The notes beneath the pieces were generated by a model. The model had not been told where the DNA came from, did no database searches, and worked only from the letters and a program-made list of their open reading frames with translations. Below, in pieces: positions 33,763 through 45,473 of a stretch of DNA of 64,000 nucleotides. The first letter of the stretch is position 1, and every line of letters begins with the position of its first letter. This stretch comes from Diplonema japonicum (taxonomy: Eukaryota; Protista; Euglenozoa: Diplonemea). The position numbers were made by a program, and so were the translations under genes. The stretch covers positions 496,001 through 560,000 of the forward strand of contig OZ025653.1 in assembly GCA_964019335.1 (NCBI GenBank), written 5' to 3'.

Positions 33763-35044
33763 CTACCTGATCCGGTTCGGGTCCCTGTGGATAGATCGGC
33801 GATGGACTCTCTGTTTGATTCTGGGCTTGCCTTGTGTATTAGAGTCGTTTGGGGTAGTCATTTGTGTGAGGATCTGCCCAACCAACATGTCGGGCAAGAT
33901 GCTGGAAGTGACACGGGCGGCCCTGTTGACCCAGGATGGCACCTCCCAGCCACCGAGCTTCTTGACGAGTTCCGTACAGAAGTCGTTGCAATTGTGGTTC
34001 AACAAATGATACTCCCCAGCACGCCAAGCAGACTCCCGTTTCATGGAACTTAAAATGTAGTCGATATCCTCAGGCGCCTTTTCCGTATGCCCCAGGAGGA
34101 TTGATTCCCTATTTCTTTTTGTGTCATCCCCCCTTTTTTTGCTTCCATACTTAAAACTCTGTGAAGGCAGCCCTGTCTTCGGGAAAACACAGAACACGCC
34201 AGTCTCGTTTTTACAAGCAGTGTCGGCTCCGGGGAGCAGCCCGCCAAAGGACCATTCTTTGCCGAGGATCTCAACCCCAGTGTGGTGGATGCCGACTCCG
34301 AAGAACTGGAAACGGCTGTTTGTACTGGGGTCTATTATGTTGTAAATGTTGACACGGACAGGGGTTTGCTTTGTTGTGATATCTGTGGGCATGCAGGGGA
34401 GGTCGAAATGGGACTGGATTGCAGGTGAACCGGGGCCGCGGTTCGCGTCGGTGAGAAGCTCCTGCAACACATTACTGAACCCGCCGCAATCCTGCGGGAC
34501 GAGGTTCGCCAGCTGATCAGGGCGGAAATAATACAAAAACTCCCTGCGAAGCGCCCTTAGCAATGGCAGTGCTGACGCTCTCGACAGCGTGTGCCTTGCG
34601 ACCACCAAGAACACCAGCGTGCAGTCGACAACAAGGAACGCTGTCAAACCACATTTATGCGGCATTTCTAAATCGAAAAGCCTACTGCGTGTATGGCTCG
34701 TCACCTTTCTATCGCTTATCCGTACTGAGCTGTGCTCCCCTGGTGTGTTCCCTCGCTTTAAACTGCTTCCTCGAGTCCCACTTCTTCCCCGTCTGCTTTG
34801 AGATGCACTTCTTGGCGTCTCTCTCCCGCTCCGTGGCGAGCCCAGCCCACCCATGTCCCTTTCGCCCATCTTGTTGACATCTACCCCTTTAAATGCTTCA
34901 TGAGCGACTCGTATGGCCCTGTGAAGAGGCATTTTTTTTATTTTCTTTTTCTGTTCCTTACCTTGTCGAGCCTCCTTCTTTACCCTTTTCGCATAACACC
35001 GTCGCCCCTCTCACCTTCTCACCAACTAGCAAGTGCAGGAACAT
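33763..35044 (-). CDS. Longin-domain plus PPPDE/DeSI (C97) isopeptidase fusion (3 exons)
   Basis: PPPDE motifs VRVNIYNI, GIHHTGVEILGKEWSFG and YHLLNHNCNDF (His/Cys dyad). Longin-like region MFLHLLVG..TVLCE and AFLVVDCTLVFLVVA...LPLLRALRREF...FSNVLQELL. Exon 1 recovered through a GTAAG...ACAG intron. Confidence 0.75.
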
Positions 35045-35277
35045 GGGGTCATAGAAATGGGGCTAAGAAGGGGGGTGGTGTTTGGATAATGGGACGGGGG
35101 TTCTTCTTCCTTTTTTTTGCTTCCAAAGAAAATATATTCACATCAAACTGTTTTTTTTTCTTCTTCTTTTCTTCTCACAATCTTTCACTTTTCGTTTTTT
35201 TCTTCCGTGTTAAAAACAAAGGGGTAGTGGGATCGATAACGTATTGCGTTTTTCTATTTTCACTTCACTTTCGCTTG

Positions 35278-35322
35278 TTAACTACGGACACCGCCGTGTT
35301 CTGCGAGGACGACCTTTTTATA

Positions 35323-35354
<32 letters not shown>

Positions 35355-36552
35355 GCAGCAAATGCTTCCATTACAAACCTGAGGTGCATTGTCCACAACT
35401 TGGAACTCGCAGTCGAAGTCCACAAGCTCCTCCAGACGGGAGCGATGGGAATAGAAGACCTTTTTTTTTATTTTACCCTCACCCCGATTCTTCTGTCGTG
35501 CCCCATACCTTTGCTGCCTTTGGTGTCCAATGGTTACCCCAAAGAACAAGCGTGCAGATCGAGCTGTTCGCCTTGAGTCCTTGTGCGATTGCGATGAGTC
35601 CTTCTTCCCCGATCCCGCAGTGTGAGAGGTTCAGGGTGGATATGCCTTGGTTCGCCTTCAGGGTCTGTGCGATGGAGATGGCACCTGGTGTGCTCAGGTT
35701 GTTGGACGACAGATCGACAACAGAGATATCGTGGCGCCTTGCCAGCAGCTTTGCAACGAACGCCCCGCCGTCCTCCGACAGCTTGTTTGCCGACAACAAC
35801 AGAGACCGCAACCCTTCGTTGAAAACGAAGGCAGGAAGCATCATCCCGAAGTGCTCGTCGGTGACCATGCTTCGTGTCAGGTTCAGCTCTGCCAGAACAT
35901 TGTTCTTCTTTAACATCTCGCTAAGGTGTTGCGAAACACTGGCTCTCTCCTGCACACCAGACAGCATCGGGGAGCTGATATCCAAGCTTTCCAGCGATGG
36001 GTGTTCGATCAGTGCCTGCGCGATCCCGATGAGTGAACTGACACCCAACCCGCACATCCTGAGGTTAAGACATTGAAGAACGTGGTTCTCGCGTAGCATG
36101 GTTCCGATGAGCTTCCCACCTATCTCACGGAGTTCTGGTCTGTGCGGGTCGGAGTCGCCTGTGATAGAGTTGCCTGCGACGTTCAGTGTGAGGAGCGTCT
36201 TGTTATCAACGAGGGCGTTGGCCAAGGTGCGCCATCCTTTGTGCTCTATGCTGTTGTAGGCGAGGTTGAGGTGTCGCAGAGACTTGTTCTGCTTCAGCAT
36301 TCCCGCTAGCTGTCTAGAACCTTCGTCTGTCAAACTATTGTAGGACAAGTCAAGCTCCGTAACATTATCCGTCTGGGCAATAGCCTGCGCAATGGCCACC
36401 ACCTCCGCATCTTTCACTTTATTCGAAAACCTCTCCGGACAGTTCCCGTTCAGTATCACCGATGCTAGATCATCACTTGCATCCTTTAACTCCTCCCGCA
36501 AGAGCACCCCGTGCTCCGAGCATGCCCCTCGGTATACTATGTTCCACGTCAT
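35278..36552 (-). CDS. RNI-like leucine-rich-repeat protein (LRRC34-like), 3 exons
   Basis: 28-aa LRR units (LDLSYNSLTDEG, LNLAYNSIEHKG, LNLSHCGIGEEG); introns at 35460-35508 and 35314-35378. Confidence 0.8.
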
Positions 36553-36628
36553 CGCCCTGCGGTGGTGTGTGGGGAGAATGTACTTGATATAATGTAAAAA
36601 GGAAAGGTGTAAATAAACAAGCAAAAAG

Positions 36629-38783
36629 CTATTCAATGTCGGGTAAGGTGACAGCTTCTTGTTTCTTCACAGCCGCCAGCCAGGCGTCCCTGCTTTCTTT
36701 GCTTGCCTTGTACCGTTGTGCGGTCCATTCTGAAAACCATTTTTCCTTCTCCCTGACGGTGCTTCGTAAGGCAGCGGGTGCCGTCAACATACAAGGTTTG
36801 AAACTTATCTTGGACCCTGAGTGTAGAGAAACAGCAGGGCGGACCTCAAGGCGGCCGATCACCGCGGGTAGTTGTATGATAGCCGCTGTTAAGCGGTTTA
36901 CAAAGAACACCACCTCGCGGTTGAGCATGTCAACGACGATGCCGATTGTGTCGCCTTGTGTGTAGGTTAGGGGTGCGCCACTGGGCCCCGGTAGGGTTGT
37001 TATCCTTCTCCCCATCCCGGAGATGAGGGAAGTCTGGCTCCACCATGCTATGCCATGCACGCCCCCTATGTACGATGAGTGTGCCTCGACATCGTGCGCC
37101 CTGAACCACTGGTTCGTGATCAACCCTACTGTGACGTGCTCCGCAGGCCCACACTGCTCGACTACAATCTCGTAAGCACACGCAGGGTGCCCGTCCTGCG
37201 ATGGTGCTATGGATGGGTCACATGGGATAGTCGCAATATCCATGAATCCCTTCTGCAAAAACTCAATCAGCGTGCCATCGGGAGACATGCTCAAGTTCTG
37301 GGTGTTCAGCGCTTCCAAGATCGCCGACGGCTGGATGAGCTCTGGGGTTGTCAGCAGGAATGCTTTGTGTACAAAACAGCCTTCTGCACCCATATCCACG
37401 CCACCACAGCAATCCCAGCACGACCCCATTGGGGTGCAGAATGCGGCTTTGCCCTTGAGCCGTAAGGAGTACAGCTTGCGGGGTGTTAGCGGTTCATGCA
37501 CTTCAGTGAAATTCACATTATGGCGTTTCTTCTCATTTTTAGCACAACAGCAGCCGTCAATGTGGTACCGATATTCACCAAGGTGGTAGCACGGCCTGCT
37601 CTTGTCGTCAGCCACGATGCATCCTTGGCCGTATTCCTCGTGACCACCGCAGCATGACCACACTTCGTTGTAGGTGCCGGTGTGTGTCACTTCTGCAGTG
37701 GCGAGCCAGTCCGCAAGGCGCACGCGGCGCGAAGCTTCCTCCTTCTTTCGTAACTCAGTTTGTCGCAAGGTACGCTCGGCTTCCTCCTCAGGGAACAAGA
37801 AAGGTGACATCATTGCTTCAGAGGGAGGGAACTCTGATGCGCTAAACGACTTCGACACCTTCGAACGTCTCTTCTTTCGCTTGTTCCTTGCCTGAGGCTT
37901 CTCGTCATTGTCCCCTTGTACGTCTGGTGCTTCAAATTTGATTTGCAAACCTGCGAACACCCCGATAGTATCGTACTCCAAAGCCTGCAGCTCCCTCATG
38001 GCAGTGTGCCACAACAAAGCTGTGTCTGCCAGCTGTGTGCGCCCCACCCCCTCCCTGCACAAGACCTCGTTCTCGGTGACGGCAAAACGCTGCCTCCGGA
38101 ACTTCTCCAACATGCGCTGTTTGTCTCGTTCCTCCTTTNNNNNNNNNNNNNNNNNNNNNNNNNNNNNNNNNNNNNNNNNNNNNNNNNNNNNNNNNNNNNN
38201 NNNNNNNNNNNNNNNNNNNNNNNNNNNNNNNNNNNNNNNNNNNNNNNNNNNNNNNNNNNNNNNNNNNNNNNNNNNNNNNNNNNNNNNNNNNNNNNNNNNN
38301 NNNNNNNNNNNNNNNNNNNNNNNNNNNNNNNNNNNNNNGGAAGGCTAAGGACTGGTTGTCGCAGAGATGGGCGAGCTCGTCAGGGGTGCTGCCGGAGTCG
38401 TCGATGATGGAAGGATCAGCACCACAGCGTAGGAGCTGGTCGACAACCTGTGGGTGATTGTTGTAAGCGGCGAAGTGGAGGGGTGACCAGTGGTTGTTTG
38501 TAAGCTTATTGATAGAGCTCCGAGAGCGCAGAAGCACGTCGATGACAGCACCGTGGCGGTTGTTCGCAGCTGCATGGTGTAGTGCAGACCACCCGTGTTT
38601 GTCCGTCACATTCACTCTATTGTTGTTTGCCAGCAGCCATCGCCGCACTGCCTCTACATCGCCACCCACAACACCCTCTTTCAGCTCATTGAAATTCTTC
38701 TTTGCTGCTGCAGCCACAGGGCTGTCTCCTTCCCCCGGTTCGATGTTCGACCCCACCCCATCTGACAATGACTCCCTCGACAT
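36629..38783 (-). CDS. Ankyrin-repeat, BTK-like zinc motif and SPRY/B30.2 protein (spans the assembly gap; could be two genes)
   Basis: Ankyrin repeats GWSALHHAA and HWSPLHFAA (38345-38783). HTGTY..VWSCCG...GC and YHLGEY...WDCCG...GC motifs. SPRY AYEIVV...VTVGL...YTQGDTIGIVVD...VFFVN...RPAVSL. Confidence 0.6.
38139..38338. other. Assembly gap (200 N)
   Basis: Run of n. Confidence 1.
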
Positions 38784-38903
38784 CTACAGCATCGCCTGTG
38801 TGTCGTTGTCGCAACACACCGCAAAGGGAAAAAAAGAAACACTACGAACCGGAATAAACATGATGTTACTGAGGTTTCTAGGATGCCGGAGGTGCCGGGG
38901 GCG

Positions 38904-41339
38904 TCATGCGGGTTGACTGAGTCGGCTTCGTTGAGGGAGGCGCCTGTAAGAGGATTGTTTATTCGTCTTTTCGTTGAAAACCTGTTTGATGGTCTGATAT
39001 TCCTCATGTGCCACAGCGGGCTTCTGCTCAGGTTGTGCCTCACGTTCTTCGAGCTTGTCTTGCCGTGCGGCAGTGGTCCTCTTCTGCATGTTAGAAGAGA
39101 CATCTGTGAGTGAGCGGTACCACCTGCATGGTTATAAGATTTTGGATACACAGGTACAGCATACACTTGTGCTACTTTGGCACCGTCCATCCAGTTGATG
39201 CGCGAGAGTTTGCTGGAGGCAGACGTTATATGCCCCCATTCGGCATCCATCTTGTACGTCTTCATTCTTGTGTCACCGGAGTCGGTCATCTCAACGAAGT
39301 CCCACGTGACCTGATGCCATGTGCGAAGTTTGCCCTGTTGCATACCTCCCCATTCTGCATGGCCAGTGGCCTTCGCGGCATTGTTCTGCCAGGCACTGTG
39401 CCCCCCTTCGCGTCCTTCTTCGCTCTCATCACTTGCACCACCCTGTTGTTCATCACAGCCATCTCCACCACCGCAGCAGAGCTGCCCGTGTTTGTCGCGT
39501 TCGGGTCGATAGTGTACCAAGTGCCATCCGCGTCATTGATCAGGATCTGTTTTCATTTGGTTTTCAGTAGGTTTGCAGTTTACAATGTTAACACACCTTA
39601 AGCTGCACCTGTCTCACTTCAGGCATCCTCGACTGGTTCTCGGCTGCAACCTCTTTCTTGGGTGTCGTCAGGGCATACGAACCAGGAACCACCTCTACTT
39701 CCACTGGCCTGGGCACCTTAGCTGCCGACTTCTCAGCATCTACCTTTTCTGATAATCTCTGTACTCTCCCCAGCTGCGACCCTAACACAGTCACAAAGCT
39801 CTTTACCAAAGGTTTCAAGCCTTCGTTAAGACGTTCGAATGTCGCGCGATCTACCTCGTGCCCTGTCTTCTTGATAAGCGACAGCTCTTGCAGGAGCTCT
39901 TTGAAGCCTCCGGAGGGGGGGAACCTGGACTTTTTCGATTTATCAGCATTCAGCAGGGGAATGATGACATCATCCCGCAACTTCATAACTTCCTGCTCCT
40001 TGCTGGTGTCCATGGCCCGGCCATAGTACACACCGAAATCAAACAGCTCGTCAAGGTCCCTGCACGTGTAAGGTGGTACTGCCTGATGCATACCTGTTCT
40101 CATCGAACCGAGCACCTCCTTGGTCTTGCAACCTAGCCAGTGCCAAGCTGCTAAGTACAGCATGCAGGCTGTGAGTGGGAGCCGTGAAGACGTTGCAGTT
40201 CTTGCTGCTCAGTTCGCCACCAAGTTGCTATGTGGGGTGAGGGAGAAAAGATGGCATACGTTCATTTCATTGTAGCGAATGGCAGCTGTGTGGATGTGGG
40301 TACCTTTTGGAGCCACTAAGAGAGGGTCCACATCGAGAGACGGAAGAGGAGCTGCAGGAGTCGGAGGTGCGTTGGGTGCGGTAGATGAAAGAGTTGCTCC
40401 AAGGGTGTATTTGGTAGCTTTGAGAGGGGCGTAGGTGGAGTGAAGACGAGCACCGATCTCGAGTGACATTTCTGTCGGGGCATCGTCTACAAAAGGGGTC
40501 TGTGGCTGCTCGGACTGGGTCGCTTCTGGTTCGCTGTCTCGGTGCTCTTCTTCCTCGATGTCCTCCACCTCAGGCACTTCGGCAAGGTCGTTCTCCTCAA
40601 AGGCCGTTTCAGGCACCACAGGGTCCTCCCCCTCTGCTTCTACCTCTTCGAGAGCGGCTGTCTCTTCAGGCGCTTCTTCGGCAGTCTCTTCAAGTACTGC
40701 CTCCTTCTCTTCGACCGCGATCTCTTCAGGCGCTTCTTCGGCAGTCTCTTCAGGTACTGCCCCCTTCTCTTCGACCACGTTTTCTTCAGGCGCTGCCTCT
40801 TCGAGTGTCTCGGATGTTTCTTCAGGCTTTTCTTCCAACTTCTCGGATTTTTCTACCTCTACTTCGGCTGGCTTGTCAACTTCTTCAACTTGTTCCTGCA
40901 ACCCGAATTCTTGGCCGAATGCTGCCATGTCAAGACCCCTGTAGATATGCAGCAATGCAGCTTTTGTCATACTTGTTGCCGGCAACGACAGCTGCGATCT
41001 CAGCAACCTTCTTTAGGTCGATTGCGGGCTTGGGCTGCTTGGCGACGGTTACCTCAAACCCACAGGCGTTGAGGAGCTGGGCGCGGTACGTCTGGAAAAT
41101 GTATGACGAGCGTGTGGGGTGCATACCGCTAGGGACATTTTACCTTTGTAACTGAAGCCAGTGACAGCCTCGGAGTAGTTACTGTCAAAGGTTTTTGCCT
41201 TTTTGAGGCTGCTCAACATTTCTTTACCTTCTTCGCCTGTGACGAATTTTTCCAGCTGCTTGCCGAGGCTCTTGTCGACGACGAGCTTTGCCGCGTATCG
41301 TGTTTGTGCACTTAACGTGCATCGGAGTGCGGACAACAT
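38904..41339 (-). CDS. Hypothetical protein with a mitochondrial-type presequence and acidic repeat (about 8 exons)
   Basis: MLSALRCTLSAQTRYAA start; seven 32-50 nt GT-AG introns join ORFs 41049-41411, 40930-41124, 40209-41006, 39588-40163, 39286-39471, 38681-39520 and 38904-39089 in frame. Confidence 0.65.
40661..40793. repeat. 60-bp coding tandem repeat (about 2.2 copies; EETAEEAPEE..VEEK.AV)
   Basis: TCTCTTCAGGCGCTTCTTCGGCAGTCTCTTCA.. recurs at 40661 and 40721, and partially at 40781. Confidence 0.85.
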
Positions 41340-41411
41340 CGTCCTCTCGCCCCCCCTCCTGTGTGCTGTGCGTGACATGCAACGGTCAGTAAAATAATAT
41401 TTATGTAACAT

Positions 41412-41948
41412 CTAAGCCCCATGTCTGCGATGCAGGGCACGAAGGATATCGCCCCTGTTGACAGGGCGTGCAGAGGATGTTGGCGGTGGCAAGCGGTGTT
41501 GTATTTCTTGCTGCTTTTTATTATCTTCGTCCTCTGTCACTACCATCGTCTTGGAACCGCCAGAGGTACGGGGGTCCTTCAACTTCAGACTCCCTTGTGG
41601 TACGGCTCCATCGTCGGTCTTTTCTTTTTTCTCCTCTTCATGTTTCATAAGTAAGAATGTCGTGTTGTTGAACACCGGCTCTGAGTCCAACACGACTGTC
41701 TTCCCCTTCATTAACGTGTACCCATCCCTGCTGTATCCATACATGTCTTCAAGGGCTTCCTTGAGCTTCCTCACTGGACCTACTTCAAGACGTACAACGT
41801 GCGTCTTTGCTCCGAGTACTGCGACCCTCCCCCCGCTCAATTGGTCTGGCGTCCATCCATCTGCGAGATGCTTGGCTAGATTATCCGCTGTGAAGACCTT
41901 CACCTCGACCACCCCTTTCGTCTTCACCTTCACCTTCCTCGCATCCAT
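41412..41948 (-). CDS. Small protein with a ubiquitin-like fold segment
   Basis: MDARKVKVK...; the segment PVRKLKEALEDMYGYSRDGYTLMKGKTVVLDSEPV resembles a UBL domain. Confidence 0.55.
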   Translation of the reverse strand: MDARKVKVKTKGVVEVKVFTADNLAKHLADGWTPDQLSGGRVAVLGAKTHVVRLEVGPVRKLKEALEDMYGYSRDGYTLMKGKTVVLDSEPVFNNTTFLLMKHEEEKKEKTDDGAVPQGSLKLKDPRTSGGSKTMVVTEDEDNKKQQEIQHRLPPPTSSARPVNRGDILRALHRRHGA

Positions 41949-42030
41949 CACCTGTGGTGTCTTTGATCTGCATGCATGAAACAACAGAGTAACACAACGT
42001 GTGATAACACGCCTGGGAGCTTCGTACTCT

Positions 42031-44751
42031 TCAAAAAGGACAAACCGGTGGGCACAAGGGGAGGTCATCGGTGTCCGTTCCACGAGACTCGCGTATCGTG
42101 ATGACCTCTTCGTCGGTGAGCAAAGGGGGTGGCATGGTGGGAAGCACAGGAGGTGGAAGCAGGATGGTGCTCATAATCGGGTTCTGGTTTTTGCAAGGGG
42201 ACGTCACTGGGGGCGTCATCGAGCTGTGCCTGAGAGCAGCGTCTTTGAGCATACGGTACACGGCAGGCCGCGATTTGCTGCGCTTCACATATTTCTGACA
42301 TTGCACGCCGCATTCCTGAGGGGGTAGCGTACGTACTGGGTGCATCGATTCACGCTTTCTCAGGTCCACGGACCTACGGTCCTTGAAGAATGTGCTATTC
42401 TGACGATTTGTCTGCACTGATGCGTGTCGTGTTTGTCTAGGCAGCAGACTGCTCGGCGAGGGGGCCTGCCTCGCGCTTTCGGTTGTAAAACTCAACTGCC
42501 TAGGTATGGCCCCCAGCTCGCCACCGTTGATGTGATACACAGATACATGTTTGCGAGATGAGCATGCAGACTTTGGTCTGTGAGGCAAATGTGCAGAAGA
42601 TGGTCTGAGAGGTAAACGTGCAGACGATGGTCTGAGAGGGGAGTGTGCTTTATGAGATGAAGTTGGAGATTCCGACTGCTGCGATGAGCATGCAGACGAT
42701 GGTCTATGAGGCGAGCGTGCATTGGGAGGTGAATTCAGACAGGGTGTACTAAAAAGTGAGTGTGCATGAGATACCGACCTCTGCAATGAGAGTGGAGACG
42801 ATGGTCTGTGAGGCGAGTGTGGAGATGGAGGCGCCTCTGAGCACAACGACATTTGAGCCATGTGGGAGAAGGGGGTGACGGGTTCACTGATGAAAATGGA
42901 TGGTGTGATCTCATTGAGACTAGTCGGCGATTCTCTCATTCGTTGGAGCGCGCTCCTCATCTTGCTTGCTATCGCGGTGTTGTGGAACCTTTGCCTTGTC
43001 ATTTGAAAAGTTTCTGCGATCGACCCCAGCTTTTCCACGTTGCCAGCATCGCTTGTGTTGCTGGACCCCAGTGACGAAGCAGAGTCGATTTCTGCCAATG
43101 TCACTTGGCTCTGGGCCCTCGGTTTCCCCACTCGGTTGTGCTCTTCGCTGTAGGAGAACAGCTTCTCAACAACCTTTTCCAACTCGTGTATATAAGAAGC
43201 AGTGTCCTCAGCATCTTTTGTTGCGAGCTTCTGACCTTGCTGTACCAGTTCAACTTTTTCACCATGCTTCCCGCTCTTCTTCAACGATTCGATAATATTG
43301 CTCTGTGTCTGTATCTTCTCATGAGCTATTTTCAACCTATTCGTAACTACACTGACTCTCTCCTCCCACTCAGCCTTCCCAGGTATCTTTAAAAGCCTTA
43401 TTTCTACATCAGGATCTCTCTCTGGCTCTGTGTTGCGCTTTATCCGTGAACGCACGATCGCGGCAAATTGCGCAGCCTCGGCTCTTTTTTCAGCAGCGTT
43501 GCATTTTGCTGTTAAACTATTCAGCTCGAAAATAAACCTGGATTCTTTTTGGTTGAAGGCCAGGAGTTGTACCAACATGCGAGCTTCCTGCATTTTCATC
43601 ATTTCTGTGCATTTTGTTAGCGTGCCATCGTCGGTGATGAACTTTTCGAATTTGGGGCGCTGATGCGTCGAGAGGGTGTTTTTAATAACATTGAGTTTTG
43701 CGTCAAGGGCGTTGGCTCGTGTCTCGCTTTCAATGAGAGCTATGTTGTGCCTGACCTTGTACATCTCCAGCTCGACAGACGCAACGTCTGTGTTGGGGTT
43801 AAGCAACTGCGTTACAAAGTTTCTTTCATCGTCGTCCTCTTCCTTCACTTCTAACCCCTGCTTCACCCTCTCGATGTCAAGATTCCTCTTTTGCTTCAGA
43901 TCTAGAAGTTTAACCTTCAACAAGAGACACTCCTTCTCAGCTTTCTTAACAGCGTTCTGCTTCTGGATCAGTGCTTTGTTGAGACTGTATTTTTCCTCTG
44001 CCGCGGCGCTGAGGTGCGTCTGTACCTGGTCCAGCTTGTTATACAGTTGAGATATTGTGTCGTGGCATCCCATTATTATTCGTTCCAACCTGGACGCGGT
44101 CCTTATTGTGTTAGCTTGCATTACGTGTTTTCGCATGACGCCCGACTTGTCACCGTGAACAGCTTCAACGACATTATGCAGTCTTTCTAGTTCTTTCTCG
44201 AGGGAGGTGTTTTTTGTCAGGAGGTGCTTCACTTCTTGACTGAGGTTGAAGACGTGCTGCTGGTGCTCTTGTATCATTCGCTGCAGTTTCACAGACTTCG
44301 CATCCGATTTGCTGTCCCTTGATGGACTTGATTTCCGGAATGAGGACTCACGCGGCTCAATGCGTTTTGTGGGTTCTTCAAGGGGCGGGCTAATATACCT
44401 GTGCGGATGCCCGCTGGATTTCAAGAGTAGAATCTCGTGCAGCAATTCTGATTGCCTTTTCTCGTAGTGTTTCTGCCGTTGAGCAAGCTGAGATTCGTAG
44501 AATTCGAGCCGCTTCTCATACTTCTGATGTTCAAGCCTGAGATCCTGCTCATCTTTGAAATGCTCGTTGAGTTTTTCGATCAGCTTCTCCTTGTACAAGA
44601 GCAACACAGTCTCTTCTCTCTTTTCTATTTTCACACCAAAATCCCCCAAGATTCGTTTCAACAGAGCATCGATGGTTCTCACTAGTTCGGCTTGCCGTCT
44701 CTCCTCTGGTTGTGACGGGTGGGTTAACTCAAATCTGTTGCTTTGCAGCAT
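42031..44751 (-). CDS. Large coiled-coil protein with a Ser/Pro-rich (HRPSSA-repeat) C-terminus
   Basis: ~900-aa uninterrupted ORF; heptad-rich N-terminal half; repeated AGACGATGGTCTG units at 42560-42810. Confidence 0.75.
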   Translation of the reverse strand: MLQSNRFELTHPSQPEERRQAELVRTIDALLKRILGDFGVKIEKREETVLLLYKEKLIEKLNEHFKDEQDLRLEHQKYEKRLEFYESQLAQRQKHYEKRQSELLHEILLLKSSGHPHRYISPPLEEPTKRIEPRESSFRKSSPSRDSKSDAKSVKLQRMIQEHQQHVFNLSQEVKHLLTKNTSLEKELERLHNVVEAVHGDKSGVMRKHVMQANTIRTASRLERIIMGCHDTISQLYNKLDQVQTHLSAAAEEKYSLNKALIQKQNAVKKAEKECLLLKVKLLDLKQKRNLDIERVKQGLEVKEEDDDERNFVTQLLNPNTDVASVELEMYKVRHNIALIESETRANALDAKLNVIKNTLSTHQRPKFEKFITDDGTLTKCTEMMKMQEARMLVQLLAFNQKESRFIFELNSLTAKCNAAEKRAEAAQFAAIVRSRIKRNTEPERDPDVEIRLLKIPGKAEWEERVSVVTNRLKIAHEKIQTQSNIIESLKKSGKHGEKVELVQQGQKLATKDAEDTASYIHELEKVVEKLFSYSEEHNRVGKPRAQSQVTLAEIDSASSLGSSNTSDAGNVEKLGSIAETFQMTRQRFHNTAIASKMRSALQRMRESPTSLNEITPSIFISEPVTPFSHMAQMSLCSEAPPSPHSPHRPSSPLSLQRSVSHAHSLFSTPCLNSPPNARSPHRPSSACSSQQSESPTSSHKAHSPLRPSSARLPLRPSSAHLPHRPKSACSSRKHVSVYHINGGELGAIPRQLSFTTESARQAPSPSSLLPRQTRHASVQTNRQNSTFFKDRRSVDLRKRESMHPVRTLPPQECGVQCQKYVKRSKSRPAVYRMLKDAALRHSSMTPPVTSPCKNQNPIMSTILLPPPVLPTMPPPLLTDEEVITIRESRGTDTDDLPLCPPVCPF

Positions 44752-45126
44752 TGCATCCTCCCCACCTTTTATGTGTACATATGAGAGTAAACAGTGGTAC
44801 GAAGCTAAGCAGAGAGTACAAAGGAAATACACCAGGTAACTTAGATACAAAAAAAAGGGAACAAATTCACTACTACGGTGGAGAGAAATGAGAGCAACAA
44901 CTCACCGACGAAAACGGGGTGAAGAGTGTGGACTGAACAACAGCAGTTTTTTTTTTTTTTTTTTTTCCCAAAGGGCAAATTAATGGCCTAGAGGCACTGT
45001 CTAAAAGGATTCTTGAAAGAGTTCACTTGAGTTGCGTACTCGCAAGAAAAATGAGAAAACAGGGAGAGAAATGAAATAGAAGGAGGAAAAAAAAAAAAAA
45101 AAAGAGGGGGAACGGGCCCGTTGGAA

Positions 45127-45172
<46 letters not shown>

Positions 45173-45212
45173 AACACGCTGCCACCATTCTCGTTCTTGC
45201 AAAGAAAAAAAG

Positions 45213-45252
45213 TTCACTATGATGGGAACGAAGTGGTTAACAACGGCCCACC
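45213..45252 (-). other. Conserved intergenic ~40-nt motif, copy B
   Basis: TTCACTATGATGGGAACGAAGTGGTTAACAACGGCCCA; near-identical to 11190-11228. Confidence 0.6.
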
Positions 45253-45473
45253 AAAAAAAAAAGAAAAAAAGAAAAAAAAAGAAAAAAAAAAGAGACATTT
45301 AAGGGTACCTGCGGTGTGTGGCAGGACGCCTAAAAAAAAAAGAGAGATAAAGGAGGTTCCTGTTTTAGAAAGCGTCCCGCTAGTCTCTACTAGAAAAAAA
45401 AAAAAGAATCTTCCATCGTGATGGGTGGGTAAAAAGTAGATAGGACAGACAATACATACAATGGGTACAGAAT

